Shown here: positions 1-11,213 of the stretch, in pieces
Layout: each line of letters begins with the position of its first letter
How positions within the stretch are numbered: the stretch's first letter is position 1
From: Lingula anatina
Taxonomy: Eukaryota; Animalia; Brachiopoda
Direction: 5' to 3'
Assembly: GCA_051362555.1 (NCBI GenBank)
Contig: CM120645.1
Location: 23,588,934-23,652,933, forward strand
Length of the DNA stretch: 64,000 nucleotides
Made by a program: the position numbers and the translations under genes
The notes under the pieces: model-generated
The model's database searches: none
The model's input: only the letters and a program-made list of their open reading frames with translations
What the model was told of the DNA's origin: nothing

Positions 1-117
1 CATATATGCTGCATGAAAAAGTTTTTACATTCAGCATTAAACCCAGTCACTATTTCTTTGATAACATTTGTGCAGATATCTTATCATTGTAATGTTCTAT
101 TTCTCCTCTCTCTTCAG

Positions 118-3100
118 GTATGGAGAGACAGACATGAGGGTGGTGATGGGGTTCCTTATACTGTCCATGTGGCAGAACCTAGGTAAGTACATGAGTTTTA
201 TTTATTTTTATAGATATTCACAGTCTATACTATACACTCCTCAGACCATATTGCCTCAGGCAGCTGCTAGCCCCACTCAAAGAATCACCTGTTTGAAATC
301 TGCAGATTATGGGATCAGTTACTGTTAAATTCACCACTTGTCAAATCAGATTATTCTAGTAACTTAGTAAAATCTAATGTTTTTAGTAGTCTAAAGACAA
401 ATCTACAAGCTAGTTGTCTTTGAATATTGGCTAACTTTGAAGACTGCTAAAACCGATCACATATTTTTTCTATTTTAACCAGGAGAGCACAAGATCCACT
501 TCATCCCCAGCATGGTGGGTCCTTTCCTGGAGGTAACGCTGGTGCCGGAGACGGAGCTGAGGAAGGCCACACTTCCCATCTTCTTTGATATGATGGAGTG
601 TGAACAGAGACATCGGGGGAACTTTAAACAGGTAACTTGAAACTTTCGGGGGGTGCTTTAAATTGGTAACTTGAAACATAGGAGGAACTTTACGCACTCA
701 GGTAACTTAACATAGTGAGAGCTTTAAACAGATAACTCAAAACAAATAAGAGAAAACAAAGTATGGCACTTCAAAGAAAAAATGAATATTTTGTTAATTT
801 TTTCCAGGTTGAGAGTGAGTTGATAGACAAGCTTGACATCTTGATCAGTGAAAACAAAGGAGACGATGAATACAGGGAGCTCTTCAATGCTGTGTAAGTG
901 GAGGCAGGGAAATGGTGCAGCACTGGTTTTCATTGGGTCATTCAGCTGCATATTTCTCTTCTCTTTAAACATCTTTTACCTTCCAAAAGCTGTCAATTTC
1001 TTTTCCTTCATATTGTGTTTAGAAGATATAAGACCAGATGAAATTATTATATAGGATATTGGATGGGGTTTTATGGAGGAGAAAAATACCCAGGAATGAC
1101 CCTGTCTATACTTACACGATAATATGTTAGACCAGTACTAGTAGGACTATGATATGCCAATTAGTACATTTGTGATAATAATCTGAAGTTTTTCGAAATG
1201 TGACAGTTTTATTGAAAAGTTGCAGCTCTGTTTCCTTACTTTTTGTCATGAAGTAAGTGTGTTCTCTTGTGCTGAACATGTATGTTTTACTGTTATAATG
1301 CAAACAGGGAGTATTTAAGTTCAGCGTAAGTTGTATAATGTCAAATAATTATGTTTAACTGCTTTCCAGCAGTACATTTACACCCTTTGTTTACTTAGCC
1401 ATGTGATTCATCATTGAGAAGTTTAAGAATTTGTTTTTATTAATGTTGTTTCATAAATATATCTTTATGTGCTTTAATTGTATTTCAGTTAGTTTTGATA
1501 TTTTTGTTGCTGGTTATTTCATATATTTACATGTGAAAAATGATGGCATGTTTTAGTTGTCAGTGTTTTGGTAATCTTACTATGAATTTCTCGTAGGAAA
1601 TACAGTAACTTCAGTATTTGTTAAAATGTGTATTTCCGAAAAAAGAGAATGATAATTTTATTGTGATTAGTCAGTATGCATATAATAGAACAGTAGGAAA
1701 TGCACATAGTATACACAGTGTAATGTGAATTATTTATTTTCTTTCTATGTGAACGAATAGCTTGTAAACCATGTGGACCCTAGAGTGAGGTTGTCATGGT
1801 GTTGCCATGGTTTTTCCTTGGTGGTGTCATGGTGATGTCATAGTGTAGCTTGGTGTTGTTTGAGTTTGTTGCATGTGCGATATGTTTATTTACTGTAATA
1901 TACTGAAATTTCAAGCACCACCTACACAATTGATTTCAATTTATATACTTTCCAGTTTTAAGAGTTGATTTTTGTCAATATATAACCTGTATGATTTTCT
2001 GTATATATTAACCAGATATCTTTTGAATAACCGAATATCTGTAATGTTGAAAATATCAAACTGACTGTATATGCTCAGAAGAGTATAGGTGAACAAGTGT
2101 CTAATCATTTCTTCAGAAATATTTCAGAAGCACATTTTGCACCCCCAAACAATATTCATACCTGTTGATAATTCACAGGATAATTTTTTTTTTTGAAGAT
2201 ATGTGTAAAAAGGCTCTTATATACAAATATGAGCAATAAAATTTACACCACACATAACTTTAACAGTACCATGAAGATTTATTGCATGCAGTACAATTAT
2301 TTGGAACACTTGATTTTGAAGAACAGCCAACTTTTAAGTTGTAACTAATTACCCACAATATAATTATCAAATTTCTGTACAATTTCAGGCTTTTGGACAA
2401 AGTTCAAGCTTCTGAGACCTCCTGGAAGGAGAATGGCACCATTTTCATCAACTCTGTTACCAGGTTACTGGAGAGGCTTCTGGACTACAGGTACAGTACA
2501 ATAGGGGGCAGTATGAACCAAGACAGTATTCTGTTCACTTGAGTTGATATGCAGACTAACAAATCTGATGTAGAGAATATGTGAAGTGATCAGAAGTGAA
2601 GGGAAACATCATTGTTATGAACTGTATTTGCCTGACAAAATTTGAGCAAATATGATGGGTAAATTAGAATGGAAATTAGAAAATGTTTTCGAAATTCAGA
2701 GAAAAAACTTTGGTCATTCCAGAAATGTGATGATGGGAGATGAGAACAGAGACAAGAGGATGACTTGTACTTTTAACCTGTTGGTAAGGGGCTACAGGAT
2801 GATAACCATGGTTACAGTAATGATTCTTTTCATTGGGGAAAATCATTATTCTTTCATAAACAAAATTTTGGAATAATTAAAAATATACATCTGTGTAGCA
2901 TTTGCAGTGCTTTTATGAATGTAGAATAGAACTATAAAGTAGCCTGCTTTAAATTTATTTGCTACCATCCAATAGGAATTTTAAGAATTTATAACTTAAA
3001 AAAAGAAATGCAATGTAAAATTCACAATTTTCCCCATTGAAAAGACTAAGTCATTACCCTCCTTGATAGGTATGAATTTATATTTCATGGTGTTACTGTA

Positions 3101-6100
3101 TTATATTGAATATCCCATATTACAACACTGCAGTTACTACTGGTATATTTGAAGTTTATTTCAAACTGCTGTTTAAGTGCTGCGGACTGTACCAAATAAG
3201 ATAAAAATTTAATCATTAATTGTCCAAGATGACAGCTCTTCTTGTTTTATACATATATTTTTAAAGTAGTCTGCATTTATACTTTTATTTGAAGCTAATT
3301 TCTGACTAAACTTTCTATTTTTCATTCTGCAGAACTTCTACAATAATGAAATTCAGCGGGAAGAAATGTATGTGCGATACATCTACAAACTGTGTGACCT
3401 TCACCTTGCTGCAGAGAACTACACAGAGGCTGGTTTTACGTTACAACTTCACGCCAGCCTGCTAGAGTGGTCTGACACCATGCTTCATGCAGACCACAAA
3501 CATCCTCACGCTGAGTTTGAGTGGCGGAGGAAAGAGGGACTTTATAAACAGATCATAGACTATTTTGATAAGGGGAAAGTGAGTTGTTTGCCGAGGTGGT
3601 ATTCCGTCATTACTTTTATGTGTGAAACCCAAATAGGCAAAGAGCTCTGGGTGCATCTGTTTTGAGAAACAAGAATGTTAGGAGTGTAAACTAATCTTTT
3701 ACAGACAGGATGCACATTTAGTTGACTTGATAAAAACCTCTTCCCCAAACAACAAATATTAATATGGATAGAATCTAAATTATGAAAAATAATAATGGAT
3801 GGTGATTTATATATTTTTTTAAATTTTTTTACAGCTGGCTATTTTCATGATTTCATCTCATGATAAAAAAGTTTTCCATGTTCTTTAGTTTTTGAGAAAC
3901 AAAAAAGTATTCAAATTTTACTGTTCTCACAAAGGCTAGATGATACAGGACTGAAAAAAATTTCTGTCCCAATTATTTCCAGGCATGGGAGTATGGCATT
4001 CCGCTCTGCAAGGAACTGGCTGATTTATATGAGAAAACCTACGACTATGCAAATCTTAGTAACATTTTGGTAGGCTCACTGTTTTCATTTCAGATCTTCA
4101 ATTGGATACTTGAGTTTGCACATTTTGACCTGATTGGCACATTTTGCTAAGGTTTAAATGTGATTTTTGTCTTAAATGTTTCATCTTAGAATATTTTACT
4201 TTTGAACGAAAATTTTTGGCTGTAGTAATTTAGTTTGAGAAAGATAAAAGGAAATTGTATGAGATTCTAAAGGAATTCAACTTTCATCACCAAATGCTTA
4301 TTTGATCTTTTTCTTGAATTTTCAGAAAACCCAGGCTCAATTTTTTGATAAAATCTTACATGAGTTGAGAGCAGAATGCGAATACTTCAAAGTGGGCTTC
4401 TATGGCAGAGCTTTCCCTATGTTCTTGAGGGTAAAAACTTGTTCTTTTTCTTTTAATGAATTTTTCATTGTCTTAGTAGATACATTTTCCATGACAGAAA
4501 GCACCTGTTTATGGCATGGCTGCTGTATACAAACATTTTAAGCATAAAAATCAGATATGATTCAAAACAATGTCTCTGTCTTTCAGAAATAAAATTTTAT
4601 AAAATTTGTTTGTGTGACTTAAATTTCATTTCATCAAAGATCCATATTTAGATGTTTGGATATTTCATGTGTAATGAGGAACAATATGGTGCAATGTTAA
4701 GCAAATTGTTTCACAAATTCTTCCTTTCAGAACAAAGTGTTTGTATACAGAGGAGAGGAATATGAGAAATTGTCCGCGTTCAACCATCGTCTGCAGCGTG
4801 AGTTTCCTGCTGCCACCATTATGAGCAGTAACACACCGCCAGATGACAGCATATGTAATGGAGACGGACAGTGTATCCTTGCTGATGTGAAGCAGAACTG
4901 TTTTATTGGCAAATATATAGAAAAATAGTCTGGTAGATAAAAAGTTTAGAGCAATATATAAGCTGCACCAGATTATTTTTAACACCATGAAAAATCAGGC
5001 AATCATCACTTTTGGCCAATTCATTAAACTGAATTTACTTGGTTGAATAGAAGACAAATAGAGTTATAAGAAGAGCAATATATACATTTGTACAAGATAT
5101 ATATGCAGCAAGTGCAACATGATTGTAGATGTGTTTTCTTCTTAACTTTTGTCTTCTCAGACATTCAGATCTGTAACATCAAGCCCATCCCGTGTGACTT
5201 GGAGGTGTTTCGTAGCCTGTCTGTGCCACAAGCCGTGAAAAACTTTTACAAAGTCAACGACATCAAGACATTTCAGTACTTTGTTCCATTCCATAAAGGA
5301 GTCAAGGATAAGAATAATGAGTTCAAGGTATTTGAAATTTTGGAAAGTTTCTTTTGAAGTAATGAAATATCTATAGTAAATTATAAGGGATAACAACTCT
5401 TCATACGAGATGTATATTTTGCAATAAATATATTGTAAACAACTCGTAGAAATATAATAAATTCTGTTTTACTACCAAAACAGTAGCTATTGCAATTATT
5501 CTGGAAGATTCTTAAGAGATTATTTTAGAAAAAAAGCAAGGACTAACTTTGAATGTCTGAATGATTTAATGCAAATTTGCTGGCTTATGAAAGCAATTCT
5601 CCCATAAGACCCTCTGTTTCAGACTCTGTGCCTAGAAAAAACAACTTTAAAAACAGGCCACTCTCTGCCGGGAATTCTGCGCTGGTTCGAGGTGCAGGAG
5701 ATAAAGACAATAGAGCTCAGCCCCATCGAGACGGCCATAGACACCATGGAGAACATGAACAAGGAGTTGCGGAATCTTATCAGCCAGTATGGCCATGAGA
5801 CCACCCAGAGTCTTAATCCACTCACCATGAGACTGAATGGGGTCATAGACGCAGCTGTTAATGGAGGCTCCGCTAAATACCAAGAGGTGACTTTGTTAAA
5901 AATACAATTATATAAGTTCAGGGGAGGATCCAGAGAAATTTTCTGATGGTCTTCCCAAATAACTTTTTGATCAATCCTCCATTTTTGACCGTCTTCCCAC
6001 AGAAAAAAATGAGATACCTATCAATGTGAACTTGAAAATCTGACCATCTTCCGGAACACCCGAAAGATGGCCAGTTCGCCCCTGAAGTATATACATTTTT

Positions 6101-9100
6101 TCCATACTACTGCATAAGGGGATACTTGTAGTTTAGTATTAATATGGTTTTTGTTGTCAGTCTGTATGTATGTCTTTGATGGTGTGTATTTAATAGGAAG
6201 AAAGAAAAACATATTTTCTAAGGAGTGAAATATAAGAATATGTTGCGGGTTGTGGAGTGGAGAGTAATGCATTACATATATGCTTAAAAAGTTACTCAAC
6301 TTTATCAATTTATATTTCTTACAGATGTTTAAAATTTCAATTTGCCTACATTTTAACGGATTGAATACCAGAATACCATTTCAGTATTGATGAAGATATG
6401 CTATTTTAATAATACATTATATTTTTAAATCATTGCCAAATTTTTCTTCCCCCAGGCCTTCTTTTCAGCTGAATTTGCAATTCAGAACCCAGAAAGTCTT
6501 CACCATATCCCGGTGCTGAAAGGACTGTTCCAACAACAGGTAGGACATCTTTTCACCTTGAAGTCTGAATGAAGAAAAGCAACGGCAGATCCAGAGATAT
6601 ATTCTGACAGTCTTCTAAATTATCTTTGTTGATCCATCCATCTTTTTTGATCGTCTTCCGACAGAAAAAAAAATAGATACCTGTCAATGTAAACTTTAAA
6701 ATCTGTCCGTCTCCCAGAAGACCAAGAAGACGGTCTCAATCCACCCCTGAAAAGCACTTATTTAATGTCCATATTGTAAAAAGTATTTGCAGTCTCTTTA
6801 GATTGTGATTTCCAGTTAAAAGATTGTGTTATGAATTTTCTTACTAAATGACATACCAAGAAATAAAGCATTTAGTTAAAACAGTTACATGCTTTTCATG
6901 TATGAGAAGATTTGCTACTGTAGTGACCTTGAAAAATTAAACTATTGTCTGTTGTTAATATGGAAGCATGGACTCTGCACAGTGGGAGGAGACATTTCAT
7001 GGTGCCCGTGTTGAATATGTCTGGCATCTGAGAAATTTCAGTCATTACCTCAAAATTAATGGATAGGATTAGGATTGGAATTTGTCATGGTTCTTCAATT
7101 GAAACACAAAATTATTTTTTGCCTGCTGTTTCAGGTGACCCTGTTGGAAGATGCTCTAGGCATTCATGGCCGCTTGGCTCCAGAACAGGTGCAGCCATTA
7201 CACAACCGTCTGGTAGAACTGTTTGCTACAATGAAGGAATCATTCAGATCTACTGTAAGTGTGCTTTAAGGGACATTTGAGTAAATTGCTTAAATGAAAA
7301 AAAAAAGATTTATAACTAAATGCTTCTAAATGTACAAATCTATTCTATCTGAAAATACAGAAGACAGATATACACTATAATTTTCGAGTGTAAGTCAGAT
7401 TACTCTTCTTGAATAAATGAATCTGATGTTAAATGCCTCGTGGGCAATTCCCTCACTATTTAGGGTTCCCCAATGATGACAAGACACGCCACTGTGAGGA
7501 AGAAGTCAGATCCTCTCCCTGATCTCCCAGGTCAAATACTCCAACCAACCAGCTTAGACTCCGGGGGCTCACCAAGGTCAAGGTCAGTTGAACAGTCTGA
7601 GCAGTCCTATTGAATATGTTTTACAAATTTTCTCTTACGTAGATATTGATAGTTTCAAAAATAGAATGATTCAGAATCTTCTCTGGGGTTAAAATTTAAG
7701 TATAGATCGGACCACAGCACTTGTAATGTAATCAACACTATCATTTCAGCTCATCATTGACACCAACGCCCCCTAGTAGTAATCGTTCCTCTGGTGTCTA
7801 TGGTGATATTCCAGAGGAAGAAGAGGATTTGTATGCTTCTCCTAAAGAGGTATGTGCGAGGTTATAAACACATGCCCCTTGGTTTATTTACCCTGGGAGT
7901 GGTTTCTGCCAAATGATAATTCAGTGCCAGCATTAGAGGTAGAGGGACTTGCTTGAAACTTTAACTGCCATTAACTGTGATCAACTTAAGAGTTAACAAG
8001 TCAAAGATTTGAGCACCTGTTTTAGAGTTCTCTATTTCTTATCACTTGGATTACTTGAAATTAACAGTCAACTAACTGCACCTTCACTTCAGCACATTTC
8101 CCATTTCATACATTGACCTAGTGTAGCTGTATTACTGAACCTTTCTGTTGTATTTAAATTTCCCTCATCTGTGATCATTGGGCACATGACACCCTGTGAT
8201 ACAGTAAACTGTCAGGGGGTGCTCTATTCAGCATATGTTTTCCACTACCCTTCGAGTTCCAGGGTGATGGGAATTATATGTTGGTTTTCATAGGGGACAG
8301 CCCTGTGTCCAAATATAGGGATTTTTTGGTGAATTTATCTGAAAAAGAACAGGTGCTTGAATCATTTCATCAGAGGAACATGATTTTGAAAGTCTGACAA
8401 TTACACTGTATTGGAATTTTTAAATATCTATAATGACATTTTGGGAAGCTTCTTGCTCTCAGTCAGCTTGGAGATGGCTAGCTGAAAATTTTAAAAGAGC
8501 TGTGCGATTCTGTCTTGACTAATTTTGTGCTGCTCAAATTTTAGACACAACAATCACGGCCTGTTCATTATGCATCTCTTAACAGTGTAAGAGCTTTGGT
8601 ATTGAGACCAAGAACAATCTAACATTTTCACCATTGGTCTATGTGGATCATCCCAGCCCTGCAGGGACTCCTGCTGAATGACACGTCTCTTCTTGGCATT
8701 ATGTAGAATATAGAAAAGGTGGTGATTATGCGAGTCCCTTGGAAGCAAGAGGAGACATGTCAGACAGTTATGCTGATTGTACTTACCAAGCATTCCTACA
8801 ACTTGGATGGATCTTCTTCGTTCAATGATGTTTATGGGAATGGAGTCTAAGATGGATGGTCAATTGTGATCCAATTACCCCTAAATTAACCTTGTATGAT
8901 AGCACAAATTTAGCATCATTTTCTCCCAGCATAATCCTAGATTGAACAAAACCAGCCTGGTACTAATATAGATCATTGCTTTACTGCTAATAACAATACA
9001 GGTGCTTTCTTTCTTTCTTTTCTTTCTCCCCTGTGTAGTCAGCTAGGCAGAGTGTAGTGGCTAGCAAACGTAGTATGTCTCCCGTGATAGAGAGACACAG

Positions 9101-11213
9101 CACGGGGACACGTAGACCCGCCAACTCCTGGCTAGCACAGAGACCACAGTCTATGAATATACAGGAGAAATTTGAACCCAAGGTGTGTAAGTTAATTAAT
9201 GGAATATTATGACTAACTGTGCATTTTTGAAGCATATGGTGTTGGAGAAAAAGAAAGGAGAAATTAAAGACCTTACATCTGGCATGCCCTTAGAAATGAA
9301 ACTTCTCAAACCTGTTTTCATTGTCACTCGCTGTCTCCAGTTTATGCACACTTTCCTTAATATTCCTGCTTCTTTTCTTTCTAGTTGTGATATTTCTATA
9401 TCTAATAGCTAAGATTCTAGAGGGTTGATACATATTTATAACTTATAGGGTTTGTCTTCATAACATTGAAGATATTTTATATATTTTCACTTTGATTGGA
9501 AATGGTATTGCTACAGACCTGGTAGTTTATGATGCAGAATGTTTTGATTTTACTGAAGACCATAATAATTTTTTTTCTTTTGTTAGATTGATCAAGCAAC
9601 TAAAAATTGATTATTCTGAAAAGTTTTTTATATTTGCTGAGTATATCATAGAGATCCCTCAATATATTTGATTACATACATGTACATTTATGATTACTTG
9701 CTGCATGATGTTTTCACTTTCTCAGCCACGTCCTGCACACAGACACTCCAGCGAACCCGCCATATCGCCCGCGTCACAGCCCTCAGTTAATGGACCTCCA
9801 CACAGAAGAGCAGGCACAGTGCATCAGAAGACTGGCAGCACCTCTTCATCCTCAACGCCATCTATCTCCAGCACTGAGAGTGGCATTGATGTGGCGCCAC
9901 CTATTCCCAAGAGGCACCAGTCACCAAGTATAGGTACCATGGGTAGAAATAAGATTTAAAGAAATGAGAATTATAAGTTCCATACTTTTGCAGAGTATTT
10001 AAGTTTTCACACCTCAGTTATGCATGATTTTATACAGCATTGTTACTGAGTGTTATTGTTTGGATAGAATTCAAAGATGATATTTATCATAAAAACAATA
10101 TGTTATTAATTTGACTTAATGAGGTTTCCCAAACTTATGCACGTGAGTATCATATTACGAAAATAATAAACAACATGTTCCTTTTCTCTTGTCTTTAAAG
10201 ATAGCGGAAGTAGCAGCAGGAAAATGGACTCCAGCTCCTCAGGGGATGGGGATATGGTTTGTCCTGCCATTCCAGCCAAAGTTCACAAAACACCAGTGAG
10301 TTGTCTGCACCACTCATCTCCCACAACATTAGCAGCATTACATTTTCTTATCTGCTAACATTATTACTTTGGCAGAAGAAAATAGATGTACTTTTCTGTC
10401 AATATTTCATTGCTTACATCAAACGTCTTGTCCAAAAATTTTAAGAGATTGATTGTAAAGTGAGGTAAGGCCAGAGTGAAGAAATCAGATGATGTCATTG
10501 AACAGTACGGCATTGTTATGAAGATTACTTTGACAATTAGAGTGTATTAAGTGATTCCTTAGTGTCGTGGGCATGTCTGCTTTTAAAAGTCCACATACTG
10601 AAGTGTATGCTGTTTACTTGTTGCTACCCATTTTCTTTGTAAGATTATACCAGTTGTCTATTGATGATATTTCACGTTATTCTTCCAGGACTCATCTTCC
10701 CCTAAGACCCCAGGCAGCAGGCCTCCCCCAATATCCCTGAGGAGTAAATCCCAACCATCTATAGATACAGGGGCACCTGCTCTACCCCCCAGGGACAGTC
10801 CCAGGACTAAAACCAGGCAGGTCACTCCCCCACCCCCTGCCTTACCCCCCAGGGATGGACACCATACCCCACACAAAGAAGGGGGAGAGAGTACCTTCCC
10901 CAGGTACGAGCACCCTAAATTACATCCCACGTTGTCCAATCCTAAAACATCGCCAGAAGGTCAGGGGTCAACGGTCCCGCCTCTACCTCCCAAACCAGCC
11001 AGTTCACTGAGGTCGCCGCCAGCAGTGAAGACTGCAGCGCCACCTGCAGAGTCAGGGGATGACAGAGGTGCACCGTCCCCATCTGAGACCACGACTTCCC
11101 AGGGTTCCATAGCACCACCACCATCAACGCCCCCTAGGAGTGTGCAGGGACATGGTAGTGTTCGCCCTAGGCCTGCGCCAAGACAGAAGTCGGTTGATCA
11201 GTCGCCTTCTTGA
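118..11213 (+). CDS. DOCK3: DOCK-B family (DOCK3/DOCK4-like) Rac guanine nucleotide exchange factor, 5'-partial: ARM region, DHR-2 domain, proline-rich tail
   Basis: Phase-consistent exons: 118-182, 483-631, 808-893, 2389-2490, 2723-2783, 3333-3578, 3983-4069, 4326-4430, 4731-4872, 5161-5327, 5623-5886, 6456-6539, 7135-7254, 7464-7582, 7750-7849, 9039-9182, 9726-9933, 10201-10295, 10689-11213 (TGA). Peptides [75 protein letters not shown] and [12 protein letters not shown] (nucleotide-sensor Val) match DOCK3/4 as I recall them. Tail has PxxPx[RK] motifs (PPIPKR, PALPPR x2, PPLPPK). DOCK3 versus DOCK4 is not resolvable; probably a co-orthologue. Tail exons after 7254 are less certain. Confidence 0.93.
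4873..5160 (+). other. U12-type (minor spliceosome) GT-AG intron in the DOCK gene
   Basis: 5' end GTATCCTT matches the U12 consensus RTATCCTT. Branch-site-like TTCTTAAC at 5139-5146 ends 14 nt before the 3' junction. Splicing restores DGQ-Y-IQI in frame. Confidence 0.88.
5919..6084 (+). mobile_element. hAT-like MITE family A, copy 1
   Basis: CAGGGGAGGATCCAG...TTCGCCCCTG; flanks aagtt/aagta; homologous to the copies at 6580, 35719, 49094 and 57661. Confidence 0.85.
6580..6749 (+). mobile_element. hAT-like MITE family A, copy 2
   Basis: Same internal sequence as copy 1; ends ATCCACCCCTG; 5-bp TSD aaaag/aaaag. Confidence 0.85.
8623..8847. mobile_element. Degenerate Harbinger/Tourist-like MITE, family B
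   Basis: Right end ATGGGAATGGAGTC|taa is identical to the end of the 61387-61599 copy; left end eroded and approximate. Confidence 0.55.

Noticed and set aside
9183-9192. Stronger-looking donor GTGT|gtaagt 4 nt downstream of the chosen DOCK donor
   Set aside because: It would frameshift the next exon; AAG|gtgtgt at 9182 keeps the proline-rich tail in frame. Not excluded as a minor event.
10658-11127. Antisense ORFs over the last DOCK exon
   Set aside because: Shadow frames of GC-rich proline-coding sequence.
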